Shown: positions 47,363 through 61,570, counted from the first letter of the whole stretch. The stretch is DNA of 63,434 bases, filler included, from Asterionella formosa (GCA_002256025.1; 25 parts of 25 records of this genome joined end to end with filler, not necessarily neighbours in it), one strand, 5' to 3'. The notes: a model not told the origin generated them from the letters alone. Program-made: numbers and translations.

Positions 47363-48173
47363 NNNNNNNNNNNNNNNNNNNNNNNNNNNNNNNNNNNNNN
47401 NNNNNNTTAATTAATTAANNNNNNNNNNNNNNNNNNNNNNNNNNNNNNNNNNNNNNNNNNNNGTACTGACATTCAGTCGCTGACTGCTAACTTAAATATG
47501 CTGACGTCAAGCAGCCTACTTTGTACATAGGAAGAGACCAACTACCGGTACCGGAGTACGAATCGTGTTTCCTTTTCATATTTGAATAATGACTGAAGCG
47601 CATCTTTTCGTCGTTGGGATACCAAAAGCGATTCCTTCTACGTTCATACTGGGCGCGCTCTGATAATAAAAAATTATTATATCATGTGTGTATTATAACA
47701 ATTGAGTACCGGTATGTCTCATGCCTTATAAGGGTACCAGGTACCAGGTACCGGTATATCTTTTTGTGTAGTCAAAAATCATGCCGTTGCTAACCGTTGA
47801 CCCAAACCAAAACCCAAAAATGATCTGCTACATAATATTGTCCTTGCGCTCTGATAATAGAGATATTTTAGATTACTTCTCTGACATTATATATATTTTT
47901 AACTTTAATTTTCAACAGTTAAATTTTCATATCGATGCATCCTCTTGTATGCTATGCCGCCTCTTGTTCATTATATGCATGAGTTCTATATATTCATCAT
48001 CGTCGGTCACTGACCATGTCGACTTTCATCTCATCTCCTAATGATGATGATGATGACATTATGATCACATTGCTACTGTTAGCAATGTGCTATCCAGCAG
48101 TAAATAGGACGCCATCGTTCAGGGAAAGTTTGACTGTTGATGAGGTCCGTTAGAATGAATTAATTTAAGGTTG

Positions 48174-48974
48174 TTATTCATCATCACTACTACTGCTACC
48201 ACTGTTGTTTTTTGGTGTTTGACATTGAGTTGAGGCAGACAAAGTTTGTTGTGCATTGGCACCTGCTGTCGAGGTTGGATTTTGGCTTTGCATTGTTTGC
48301 TGCATTGAAATCATGTTTGAAGCAATAATTGAATTCATAATTGCCTGAGTGGCTGGGATTGGCACTGTCAGTGGAGGTGGTTGTTTGAGATACCCCATGC
48401 TGATTCAACAATGATGCCATGATTGACATCATCATCATGTTCATCATGTTCTGTTGCTGCAGTTGTTGCTGCTGTTGTTGTTGCTGCTGCAGGTTATCAG
48501 TATCAGTTCGAGTAGCCTTGTGAAGCAACTGTGTCGAAAGAAGAGAAAGCACTTTTTCAACAGGCCCAGTATTGTTTGACACTGCCTTATCTCTAAATCG
48601 AGGGGACACCATAGGTCGAGGAAATCTTGAACCAGAAAAATTAGCATAAGCGGCAGATGTTGCTCCACCATTGTCTTCACTCTCCCCACCAGAAATCGCT
48701 ATAAAATCATCATCAACATTTGGCTCATCAATATTGGGCTCATTGGGCTCTCTCTCTATTCCAAGATCATTGGAATCAATCTCAGCACTTGCATCTGCTC
48801 GTTGCTCGATTCCTCGAAAAATTTGTTTGGCATATCTCACCTCAGCAGGGCATGTTGGGTCCCCAGTTGGTTTCTTAACTTTGTGCAGTTGTGAAAACTT
48901 TCGGCGAAGTGAAGGTCCTGTCCGTTCTTTGTCTGGGAAATTCTCGTTGTGCTGTGATGCAACAACTTCCCATT
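48174..48974 (-). pseudogene. DUF6818/SANT-like protein (often transposon-associated), 5' partial, probable frameshift near 48400
   Basis: WEVVASQHN...SLRRKFSQLHKVKKPTGDPTCPAEVRYAK read from the contig edge. Q/M-rich middle; the C-terminus reads better in a shifted frame. Confidence 0.7.
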
Positions 48975-51900
48975 NNNNNNNNNNNNNNNNNNNNNNNNNN
49001 NNNNNNNNNNNNNNNNNNTTAATTAATTAANNNNNNNNNNNNNNNNNNNNNNNNNNNNNNNNNNNNNNNNNNNNTGTAGTCATAGTCTTATTTGTTGTGT
49101 GGCTACAGTAAAAGTGTTGCATCTGCTCGTAGCATCATCGTCTAAAAAATTGCGCATCACTAAATTACAAGAAAAAATGTGCCATCAGCGACGTCAATTT
49201 TAGTTGTCAATATTATTGTATTAGGATTATTCTTTTACGATTGTGCTTACTATGTCTTGCTTGATATATGGATCAAGAACTAGGAAAGCTTCGTTCTCAT
49301 TTTTCGTCGAGATATTCGCTATTTTCATCATGGTCAAAGCTGTGACAACACGATGATGAAGGATTCTCCAGTCGCTTGCAACTACCGGTACGACTACTGC
49401 TTCACTATAGCGTCTTCTATATACAAAAGAATAGCAGAATTTCAGCTAAATATTTATATTCCAGAGCGAATGCGCGCCGTATTCTCGGATACTACATACA
49501 CTGCCTGGTGTGGATGAATCAAGCCACACGTAGTACATAATATATGTGCAATGCTATACAGTGTTCAGTTCATCTTACAGCCATTTGTTTATCGGTACTA
49601 TTCAGTATAATTAGCTACATTGTTATGTAGGTCATAGGTGGGTGTGATGGTGGCTGCCTTGAAGTGATGACGTCAAAATAAGAAACAAAATTGCTACTTT
49701 AAGCAAAATGGTCCAACAATAAGCAAAACCAACGACGCAAATGTCAAAATAATCAAAACAGATTGGTTTCTAAATTTCAGGCTAAATCAGATGATAAGTC
49801 AAAATCAGAATGATGTACTATAGGAATTATGAAGGCAGTCTATGATCGATGTCACAACAACAAAACTACTGCAATTCAGGTTACAAATGGGTAACAACCC
49901 ATGATACTCTTTTTGAATTTGGATTAATGATGATGCTAACCTAGCTAGCAGCTTTGGCAGTGAACAAACCTGAATGTGATTACTGTTTCGCTCTTCACTG
50001 CATTGGCAATTGTATTTGGTTGAGGAAGCCAGAGATGATCAAAGTTTGTTGATGGAGACATTAGAGAGCATATCAATATTTCTGTTACTGGAAGCTAACT
50101 GAACCATATAGCTAGTTTCAGTAGTATGAGGAAGCTGTCCAGCAGCAACTGGTAATAGTATAAGCTATTTTACTGAAACTAGTGAGCTATCATAGAACTT
50201 TCCAACTCCTGGTGATTTTGGGATTATGTGTTGCATTCAATTTAAAACTCTATTTGTGTATGGCATTAAGTCAATTGGACAATATATTGGTTAATTGATT
50301 GATCCAGCATGTTTACCTAAGCTGTAGCAGCATGCAATTGATTATGCTACTTTCTCTTTGCACTTTCCTAATACTCAAAAGCAGTTCAGTCAAAGTTGCT
50401 CGACCTAGAAATGATATAGGCAGTATTACTTGTACGAGTAAAGGCCTTTTTGAGAAAAAGAGAGAGAGTATAAGTGTGAGTTCTTGTAAGTGAATACCAC
50501 AAATTCAAACCCAAAGCAGGTATTCTTACCAAGGATGAGGGTCTCATATCCCACACACATGAGATGCCAGCGGAGGTCCAGANNNNNNNNNNNNNNNNNN
50601 NNNNNNNNNNNNNNNNNNNNNNNNNNTTAATTAATTAANNNNNNNNNNNNNNNNNNNNNNNNNNNNNNNNNNNNNNNNNNNNAATGTGAATTTGTGCACA
50701 GTCACAGTAGAGCAAGGGGATTGATTGAATTGTTTGAAGGATTGCCGTGAAGGAGGCATGTGAGAGTCCAAGAAAAGTGTGGAGATGGAGCAACAAATAT
50801 TTGTCTTTTCACCTGGTCGTGCGTTGCAAGACCCATTGGCATTGGCCAGTCTCGTTCTCGTTCTCGGTGTCGGTGTAGGTCTCGCTATTTTTTTGTTGCA
50901 AGTACACGACCATCAAAAGGTTTCGTACAAATCGACATGTAGGTTCATGTTCATATTCCACTAAGTTTGTAGTTTGTTTCTATGTTGTGAGCCAGAGCGA
51001 TCTTTCCCTGATTCCTAAGCATCAAAGTGCATACCGGTATGTTCGGTAAGACTGGCTTGATCATTCTCAGTGATGGTTTCCGACATGGAAGGGATTACAA
51101 GTACCGGTAGAGGCTCCGACATATATTAAATGAGGAATGTTCCGTGGATAATTGATAACTATATGCCCTGATCTTTGGTCTTAAGTCTATCATAGATCGT
51201 TGATCTATTGGATTGTATTGAATTGGATCATCAATTCACTGGATGGCTTGGCTCATTGCTGACTTTAAAAAAAATCTAATTTCAGATTTCAGATTGCAGA
51301 TTGCAGATCAGAACCTTCATCAGTCGAACCGTCAACCGGACAGGCAGTCGGCAGTCGGCAGAGAAGGGTGTGTCGAACAGTCATCGATCCCCAGGTCTTC
51401 CGTCGAGTCACACCCTCGTACTTGATCCAATTCTGTCAATCGATAGGCGATAAAAGAATATAGCGTCGATGTGGTAGACAAAGGACAGCGGTGAGGCCGT
51501 GAGGCCGTCGACAGAACCTCATGGAGTTTTAATTCAACAAGAACAGAAGTGTGTGTGATCTGGTCTGTAAGATATGCATAAGAATACCGGTACCGGTACG
51601 GGAATTCGAATGTCGTCCTGACGCTCCCCAGTCTGGTACCTGGTACCGTACCTGGTACAATACAAGGACAAGTACATACCAGGTACCGGTACCGTCATGT
51701 ACATTCCTCTGTACTCTGTACAAGGGTGGTACTGGTACATGCAAAATATTCAACCCCCACTGCAGGGAACCTTTTACGACCGTAGTGAAAGCTAATGTAC
51801 TACCGGTGCCTGGTACCAGGTACTAGGTAACAGGTAGCAGCAGTCAACTAGCACTGTGTACAAAGGTAGACTACAAGGTACTGGTAGTACCTGGTACCAG

Positions 51901-52024
51901 TAATCTAGCGAAATAGAATTTGTATGGATGGATGTATAACCGATATATCTGATAGCTAGCTAGTATACCGGTAGGTGATGATTATAAAATTGCTTACTGC
52001 CATGCATACCAGTACCGGTACATA

Positions 52025-52189
52025 TGTGATAAAATATATAGAATCCAACGAATCGAGAATCAATATTCTTAGTAGTGATTAGAAACCAAGACCCAAAACA
52101 TTTCGACATTTATTGACAAATGACTGGAGATGTTTACTTATTGACAAATGACTGGACTGGAGATGTTTACTTATTGACAAATGACTGGA
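52025..52189 (+). mobile_element. Second copy of the Copia LTR start (same family as 5529-5992)
   Basis: Near-identical to 5529-5693, begins TG. Confidence 0.9.
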
Positions 52190-53094
52190 NNNNNNNNNNN
52201 NNNNNNNNNNNNNNNNNNNNNNNNNNNNNNNNNTTAATTAATTAANNNNNNNNNNNNNNNNNNNNNNNNNNNNNNNNNNNNNNNNNNNNATGTAGATGAC
52301 GAGCACACGGTACCAGTACCTGGTACCTGGTACAGATTCCATACTCTCAACTCTCAGCGGTTACCAGGTCCCAGGTACTGGTGGCACCTGTGGTACCTGG
52401 TACCTAGCAGGAGTACCCCCCGCTGCTAGACATTCGTAGTGAATCTATTATTTATGTAGGCCTACAGTGCTACAAAATTGAACGCACTTTCTACACATTT
52501 CTGTGGTGAAAATCATCAACATTTTTCCGGAAAGGAGGGGCCGAAAAAATGAATCACGGCGGAAGCAAGCAAAAACCGCTGCTGACAGAACTGGCCTTTA
52601 GGAAAATAAATATGTGGACGAAATCCCCCACAGATTTAGGTACAGAAACTATATATGTTCCACATTATTCCGTTTTCCGGTAGGAACCTGTGTGCTTGAT
52701 ACAAGATTCTTGCAATACTTTATTAGTACCGGTATGTCCCATTACATGTATGCAACGGGCAGCCTACGGCCGTTGGATTCTACAAAATACATATCTTACA
52801 TGAATCTGATCGTGATTCTATGTAGAAAATATCACAACGGTAGTGCAGGCCGTAGCACGGATTTGTATACGGGTAGTCTGATGGTGCAATTTTGGTTTAT
52901 CTAAGTAATAGTGTTGCAATCGGTGCTGCAATTGTGGTTCAAATGCCAATGGGCAGTTGAATTTACGAATAGTTTTCTCTTTTTCAACCCTGTTTGGGAA
53001 AAAAAGTCCCGATACTCGACCTGGTACCTGTTATGGAGTACCAGGTATCGATACCGCTACCGGACAGCGGTATAATCGAATCGACGAAATGGTA

Positions 53095-53577
53095 GTCGCG
53101 CGTACTTTTCAAGTAGTACGAGAACGTCGCAAAAGATCGCGCGACTAAAAGTTCGCAAGATATTTGAGAAAAAGCGAGGTCTGTGCTCGATACACATGAG
53201 GAATTTTCCACGTTGAGAGAAAGTACGGAGTTTCCCGTACCTCCCAGGTAGGAACAACCAGCAATGACTAAGCCGAAAGCCGGGCTAGGGTCGATTGAAT
53301 TGTACTTCGGTACGTATTTAGCCATGCAGTACTTGAAGCAATCTTGTTCTTGCCCAATGATGATGTTAATGCCATTTTTGTGCAGACCTCAAACTCGCTT
53401 TTCAGTAATTAAATAGTGGTTCGTGCTTTTCAAGAAGTACGCGAACTTCGAAGAAACACGGGCGACTAGAATTTCGGAAGACATTCTTCTGAGAAAGAAC
53501 AACGATGTCTGTGCATGATACACAAAAGGAATTTTCAACATAGCGAGGAAGTACGGCGGAGGTTCCCGTGCCTCCCA
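53095..53577. repeat. Two diverged copies of a terminal-repeat family ending GTACGG...CCCGT(A/G)CCTCCC
   Basis: 53095-53245 and 53420-53577 align with each other and with 18770-18900. Confidence 0.65.
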
Positions 53578-53896
53578 TGTTGACTAAGTTGCATAGATGT
53601 CAGCACCAACGCATATATATCATACATAGATCTCTTTAATACCGGTAGCGGTAGTCTAGAAAGTGCCAAGTTCTAGATTTCGACCAACCCTCTGTCACGA
53701 ATGAAGTGACCGTGACAGCATTAGAGTGCACCTGGTCAAGGTTGACCTTGCTCACAACTAACCCTCCAAATAACGGATACAGTATAAAAGTTTTCANNNN
53801 NNNNNNNNNNNNNNNNNNNNNNNNNNNNNNNNNNNNNNNNTTAATTAATTAANNNNNNNNNNNNNNNNNNNNNNNNNNNNNNNNNNNNNNNNNNNN

Positions 53897-54038
53897 CTTT
53901 GAGAAAGCCATACGGAGCCCCAATGGGAGCAATGAGAGTGCGAGCGTCGTGAGTGACCACAAAATTGTGTTTTAGGCCTTCAATCAGTGGCAGCAAGGAG
54001 CCAAACATCAGGATCAGGAAGTACAGAATGCATGTCAT
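53897..54038 (-). CDS. GPR107/108-like (lung seven-TM) protein N-terminus (partial)
   Basis: Signal peptide then LKHNFVVTHDARTLIAPIGAPYGFL, resembling the H-x-x-x-x-x-x-D-x-R...(F/Y)GF start of this family. Confidence 0.55.
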
Positions 54039-55939
54039 GGTGAAGAAGGAAAACGGAGAAAGATTTGTATGACGGAACTTTGCACTCTCTCTATCAATTC
54101 GAGGAGTATAACCAAAAGTACTAAAATCTAATGAGCGAGGCTCTCAATGACAACACTCTTGTGCATGTACATCAAATATAAAATGGGACCACGACAAGAA
54201 ACTACAGAAAGCTGCTCCCCCCGTTCGTTGTTGTGATCTGCCTTACATACCGGTATACCGGTATGCATTTTCAGCTAAAATAATAAACAGTTAGTTTACC
54301 GGCACGTACAGTAATAGTGGTAGGTTGAAGAAAGTAACAAAACCCGTAGACTACCGGTATGATTCTTACTCCGTCGGAGGAGGAGACTTCCTAATCCTTA
54401 GCGGGGTATACCATGCAGTATTCGTACACACATCCATGCAATCATTCTCCTTGTCGCCTTGTGATTGTGTTATTTTAAGGCCCTTCGTATAAATCGATTG
54501 AGAATATGATGATAGGTCCTGTACTGTACCAGGTCCTACTGTACGTAGGCCTTCTCGGAAGGGGAGGAGTTTCGGAGATGGCTGTGATGCATTGAACAAT
54601 GCATTTACCATCATCTGTTTCTTTAACATTTTTTCTACTTGGCTGGCCAACACTACCGGGTATCTCAACTTCTCCTCTAAAATAGCATTGTTTCTGTAGA
54701 TTTACAAATCACAATTATTATTATGACTGCATTATCATAAATCGACAATGGCCAAGAGGACCAGAACCCCCTTCTGGTAATCCAAAAGAGCTACCGGCTT
54801 CACTGAGAAGGACCAAGAGAATGATTTTCCCCCTCCTCACCAACTTGTGCATGTACTTAATTTTTGAGTCAGACATGACACTCTTACAAATATTCCTTAT
54901 GAAAGCATTGGAAATATACCAGAGAGCAAATTGTTCAAATTGTTTCATCAGATAGTCCATGATCATTTATAGTATAGCAGTAATAGGTGTTTTCCTCGGA
55001 TTTCGCAACAAATGTTTATACCAGTCACATGAAATGTAATATAGCACCATTGCGTCATTGCAACAGCACTCTTTGTCATGTCCTGCAGATTTGCCATAGA
55101 CAAATACATCTTTATTGTACGTGTTGTGTTAAATAATCATGGATACATAGTAGCAACAGTAGAAATAGCTTGCAACACACAGGAGCATGTTGATAACATG
55201 GTCATGTCAGCCAGCTTCAGCCCTTTGTTCACCTTGTGTGGCGTTTTTCATCATAGTTTGAATAATCAAGTAGCATTGACAACAATTAATCAAGTTCTGC
55301 ATCATCATGGACTGATGATTCATATATAAATTATTTATCAACATGAAAACAATGTATGAAACCATCTGGTGTATGATACATACAAATGAAATTTTGATAT
55401 GTANNNNNNNNNNNNNNNNNNNNNNNNNNNNNNNNNNNNNNNNNNNNTTAATTAATTAANNNNNNNNNNNNNNNNNNNNNNNNNNNNNNNNNNNNNNNNN
55501 NNNTGGGATCATACCTGCTATGCATGGTATATATTAATTATAAATGTTCGATTTACAACGAAATGTCCTGAAGTGCAATCTATTCATAAGTTAAAGATCA
55601 GGACCCACCGCGATCAAATAATATTCATCTTATGTCATGCATATACAACGCAGCCACCAATACTTGGTTTGCTTATGACATGAGAATGAAATGCAATTAA
55701 GCTTATGCATTCATAGGCAAAGAAAGAATGAGACCGGAATCAGGTCTTGAGATGTGCATATGGAATGATATATTGAATCTACCTTTGCATTTTAAAAATA
55801 TCCCGTGTTAAAATAGCGGTGATATCCAACCTGTAATTATCCTGTAAATAACAAAAGTTATTCAGGTAATGATTGACGTAAGACATATTCAATGTGCTGT
55901 CGCTCATAAATATATATATATATATATATGTATATTATT

Positions 55940-56106
55940 AAAATCATAGCATTGTTGCTATTGTCGCACATAATTCTGTTAAGGCGATATGTTCAGCATT
56001 CTGCTGGTTTTTTTATTAGGCATAAAATCATAGCATTGTTGCTATTGTCGCACATAATTCTGTTTAGGCGATATGTTCAGCATTCTGCTGGTTTTTTATT
56101 AGGCAC
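55940..56106. repeat. 84-bp tandem duplication
   Basis: AAAATCATAGCATTGTTGCT...TTTTATTAGGCA occurs twice. Confidence 0.95.
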
Positions 56107-58716
56107 ATCGGCCACTAACTGACCAACAGGAGGGTTCATGACCACTAAAATTTCCTGGGCAGATTCATAAATAGTCGGCAGGTATGGCCCTCGGCACAGT
56201 ACCCTAACCAGACATCATCATAGGGTTAACCCATGGATTTGCTTGTATAAAACATGCACGGAAGAAAAAACGTGAATAGAGTTAGCTGTGTTAGTATGAT
56301 AATTTGCTCCGCGTAGAATTTCTACGACAGGAGAGGAACAGGAACCACAGGATTCCGAACAGGAACAAGGTTAGTAGTGTTAGTAATGTTAACTCCATGA
56401 ATCTTATGTTTGACCGTTGTTTCATATCCCATGCGTGGTCGGTTGCATTAAAATGCATGTGCCCTGCCATTTCCACTGAGTACAAAATTATCATGTACAA
56501 ATTTACGCTTGAAATGGTGGTTGTACTCTTGATACATCACAGGACTGTATTTAGCAATGCGAAGACGATCTTTTGTTAAAATTGACACCAGTCACGCTTA
56601 TTTTCTTGATGCGTCATGGAATTGTCTTCAACTTCAACTATTTATTTACGATTTTGTGTTAGAAAATTAACACCAGGCACGCGCGTTCTCTCGAAATAAC
56701 ACGATTGCCTTCAACAAGCGATGCGAAGTCGATTTCGGCTTATGGTAGAACTCATGCTTGAGGATGTGCTTGAGTTGATCTTTGAATGATTGTTGACTCT
56801 CGAAGTAAGTCAAAACCAAGTGAATCAATTATTTTTTGTTCTTTTCATTGTTCCACTCAAACACTTGTTGCCACGCATTGTCAATCAAGCAAAATGACAA
56901 TCAACCTCAAATCTTCCTTGGCGGAAACCTCTTGATCTTCTGGATGAGTTATCATGAGTTTTAGGAGCATCTTTAAGGTCTTGAGACAGGCAGCAAAGTC
57001 GATTATAAACNNNNNNNNNNNNNNNNNNNNNNNNNNNNNNNNNNNNNNNNNNNNTTAATTAATTAANNNNNNNNNNNNNNNNNNNNNNNNNNNNNNNNNN
57101 NNNNNNNNNNTCCGAATTTATCATCAAGTATGATTGTACTGTGTTGTATTCATAAATATTTAATATTGCTTACATCGTACACATACCGGTCGTATGAAAA
57201 ATTTACCGATAAATTATGTAGACTACTATAATACTGTGCCAGTATTGACAATTAATTCTACCCCCAATACTACCATTTTTTGTCGTAGTGAAAGCTAGTG
57301 CACTAGTTAACTATCATGATGCACGTACAAAGCATGCACTGTGTATGAGTGGGGGTGCCACCGTGCTGGTACCAGGTACCAGTGTTACCAGGGGCGATGC
57401 TGTTACAATGCATGAAGTACCAGGTACCCTGGTACCGGTACCTGGTACTAGGTACCAGCACCTGGTGTTGCCGGATTTTGCTAGCTTCGTTGTGTCTAAT
57501 GCTGATTCAACTGGTCTGGTATTTATACCGGGTAAGAAGCAGGCAATGAAATAACAAGGTACAGTACATTAAAAATGAAATTTGAATTTCATTTAGTAAG
57601 TATTTATGTTGTTATTTAGTAGTATACGCATTTATCTAGCTTAACACGGCTGTAGTTGTGGATGCCCACCACTGCAACCTTTCAACATTTGGTTGACGAG
57701 AATGTAAGTAACAATCTTATCCAAACCATATGTCTCATAGATTTAATACAGGGCTAGATGTGCCATCTACCCACTCAAACTAGCTAGAGTCGCCACTGCA
57801 TCCCAGACAACCTTGCGCCTGCTGATAGTAGATGCATATTTCCTCATCCTCCCTGCCCTGCTGCTTGTAAAAAGTAGCCTTTCTGGTTTTTTGTTCGGTG
57901 ATTCCAACTTCCCATTCTTACCAAAGAACAAATATAGTTTTGGTGCCTTGGAAGGTTTCTTTCATTATCAGGATCCACATCCATGTTTGCTTGTTTGTCC
58001 GCAATACCTGCTTGATTGTTGGTTTGTTGGTTCCTAGAGCAAGCTGTGTGACATGGACCTATGGTACATTGCTTGGCTGGGTAGCGTACACATAAAGCTA
58101 TTTAAATAGTTACAACAAACATAGCAAATGTTGACTATTCCAAAAGCTCTACTAAAGTAGAACTTTAGCTAGCTCAAGAATGGATCTGACCTATAGGGAT
58201 AGCTATTGTGGCTATGTAAACCAACCCCAGATATATGATTCATCAGCTATAGACATGTTCTACTAACATTTAGCCTAGTAAAAGGCATAACCACACATTT
58301 CAGAACACTTACTACAATGTTTGATTTCGAAGGAGGATATCATACAGTGATTTCCTTAGTATGGTTAAACGGTCACCTCTACAAAGAAAGTAGAACTTAT
58401 ACTCTAGTAACCAGGAGTTCATGAGTAATATATACTTAGTCAGTCTCAAAGTCAGCATTGAACTTGAAATAAATAAACTAAGAGTGGACTATAATCCCCG
58501 ATGTCTTGCACATCATGGGTACTCTGAATAGGTGACTAGAAAGGTTCACAATGACATACAGGGCTCACATAATCATTTTTTCAAGCCCAGCTCAACCAGG
58601 CGATCGAAAATAGATTNNNNNNNNNNNNNNNNNNNNNNNNNNNNNNNNNNNNNNNNNNNNTTAATTAATTAANNNNNNNNNNNNNNNNNNNNNNNNNNNN
58701 NNNNNNNNNNNNNNNN

Positions 58717-60222
58717 ATCTCCAAGATATTTTCAATGCTGAGTAACTGAATACCAACCTACGCGTCGAATCACATTGGAAAGCAGTGTTGAAAAGAAACA
58801 GGCAGCTCATCAACTGCGCCAACAGATTCGAGATTTACAGGAGAAGCTTGCTTCGGCTGAAAAAGAGTATGACAGAATGAATTCCGGAAGTGTTAGTTTT
58901 AATATCAGAACTCAGAGTTCGAAAAAAAGAGATATCCAACACCTAAAAGTTCGGATTCGCGGTTTTGTGAAGACCCTCCGTTCCACTTGTAGAGCTCCAG
59001 AATCTGTTTGTCAACCATTACGGGAGAAGTAAGGGAATTGCCTTCTGGTCCTCAGCGATATTCGGTAGCTCAAGCCTTGCTAGCAGTATTTTTATTCGAT
59101 GAAGAAGTGAGACAATGGCTAGTAAAGCATCCCGATACTGCCACAGTTATCAGCTCCAAAAGGTGCGAGGCTTTCCCCATAATCCGGATAAGTACGGCGA
59201 TACTGTCCGAAAATGACCGTTCCAGCTTCCGTTTGGTCATAGCAGAAGCCCTAGTCAAGAATCCACCATATGAACTTGATTGGCTTGATAATTTGCCATC
59301 AATGATTGATTACATGTTTAAGCCTGAGGCATTTGCCATTTCAATGAAATTACCAGCTGCTCAAATGGAGCAGCTGCTTGCAATCCGAGGATATCTTGCT
59401 GGAGACATGTTGTCACATTGCCTTTCAAAACGGAACCGCGTAGACTATGGGATTAATGAACATGGTATTAAGCGGATTTCAGTTCCTTTCAGGGGAGCGG
59501 ACACACCTTCTTTGCGATCAGAGTTTTCTCATCCGGATTGTACAATATGTTGGACTATTCTCAGCTACTACAGCGATGGACTAATAGAAGAGCAACTCCG
59601 TCAGGCCTTGGAAACTCTTCTTTCGCTTGCTCCCGTGACGCAAACATCATTTTATGATGACTGGCTTAGTATTTCAGCTGGTAGAATGAGTTCTTAAGAC
59701 TATGAGAAACTCAACAGAGTGCAAAAGCTAGACCTTGGAAACATTAAGCAGTTCCATCTGCTGGTTGAGTACTTCTCCTACAACATCAAAACTATCAATT
59801 TTTGGTTGAACGAAAGCGTTTTCCCTGTTGAAATGCAACAGTATCGACAGCGTTTGTCGGGAAATGCATGGCACCTTGCTCAAAATCTAAATGGTGGTGC
59901 TATAGGATTCTCAGGTACAAATGATAACCATCGCCTTCTTCCTCTCGTCGTTAATCAGCACTTTCCGCAGAAGGAGACGGTGATGAGGTCGTCATGGGAT
60001 TCTCGAGTATGGAGAGAAATGCTGAGCACAAATGGCAAGATGATCGATGTCATTATAAAAGAAACCGTTGAAATCATAGAACTCGTCGAAGGACCACCAG
60101 CCATTTACGCAATCTTGTCTCTGGTATCTGAGAATATTATGGAGTACCATGTGCTCATTGATGCCGGCGCCTTGCTTGCAGGGAATGATAACTGTGATAT
60201 TGCATCAAAATTTATTCAACTT
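58717..60222 (+). pseudogene. DUF3638/DUF3645-type giant protein fragment, disrupted
   Basis: KRNRVDYGI...VPFRGADTPSLRSEFSHPD...LSYY, GFSGTNDN, LIDAGALL; frameshift near 59010 and in-frame TAA at 59695-59697. Confidence 0.8.
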
Positions 60223-60322
60223 NNNNNNNNNNNNNNNNNNNNNNNNNNNNNNNNNNNNNNNNNNNNTTAATTAATTAANNNNNNNNNNNNNNNNNNNNNN
60301 NNNNNNNNNNNNNNNNNNNNNN

Positions 60323-61570
60323 ACTCGACGTTGACGAGATGGGTACTCCACCTGAAATGAAAATACCTCAAACTGCTGGTACACTCGACGTTGACAAGAT
60401 GGATCCATCCGAAAATAGTGTACCTGCAACTGCTGGTACACTTCTTGACATTAACGAGATGGGTCCCCCTGAAAAGAGGAAACCCTTTCCCGGTTGTCTA
60501 GCCAATATTGATGAGTTCGTCAACTCGCTCATAGTACCAGATGACTTTATTCTGGATGAAAGTGGGCTGGGATTGATTCATATAAAAGGAATTGACATAA
60601 AACATATATCTGTCGAGGTACTTCGAAAAATTTGCGTGAGATTTAAAGTGTCAGGGTACAGGAATGGCGAAGCCGTCAATAGCACCAACACATCCTCTCA
60701 TCATGCCCTCTGAGCTTTTGCATTCAAAGCTGGAAGCCAATTTGATAAATTCTTCTTTTTCTTTTGGAAAAACAATTTCGAGTTCTCCACAGTTTAGTAC
60801 AGCATCAATGAACAAATCACGACATCGATAAAGTGAAGCAATGCTACAACCGTAGGCATGACGAATGTCGATGTAACTGCCACCAGCCAGCCATCGCAAA
60901 CCAATGGCTACCACAATTTCGGGAATTATGGGCTCAGAAGTGCCACATTTGGAATAATTCCCTGCAATCTGAATTTCCAGCATGGAGGTGAGGTTTTTGA
61001 ATGCTCTGTGTGACATTCTGTATGTCTTCTCGAAAGCAATCTCGTGATTGAGTTTCTTGACATGTGATTGCCAGGAGATTCTTTTGTGGTGCCACTTGTG
61101 CCTTCGTTGTCGTCGTCGTTCAGATGACTGAAGCTGCCGTTTACAGCGGCGCCTTTGTCGTTTGGATGAGTGTTCTTTTCCTCTGCTTCCTTAGCTAAAA
61201 GACAGAGGAAGAAGAAATCAAGATCAATACTGTCATCATCATTATCATCAAGTAAATCAAATGGTGACGACATGATTCATGCAAATGTGTGTTTTCAATA
61301 TAATATTTAGTTTCCCGGTAATTATATTTTATGTTGTTGCTTGATATCAAGACCATCATTATATTCCGGAGGGATATACACATGATCTTCGCCAGCCAGT
61401 TGCCGTTGAAGATCCATGTTACTCCGTGATACAATGTGATCACAAATTAGTGATACAGTGACACTTTTGGAATGAATGAAATTCAGTTCAAATCGAGTTA
61501 CCGTTGCTGATACATTTTCAAAAAAACTTCAAATTCCGTGATTCACGAAAAAAAATGATAAGAACGGCCC
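60323..61570 (-). mobile_element. Internally deleted PIF/Harbinger transposon, copy 2
   Basis: TIR ...AATGATAAGAACGGCCC ends at 61570 followed by TGA. Transposase 61273-60668 (frameshift near 61180) is fused to an ORF2 fragment at 60323-60668. Confidence 0.88.

Noticed and set aside
51529..51826. ORFs rich in VPVPGTRY/YRYQ (also 28245-28629, 37821-38223, 57288-57554)
   Set aside because: Translation by-products of GGTACC-type arrays, not proteins.
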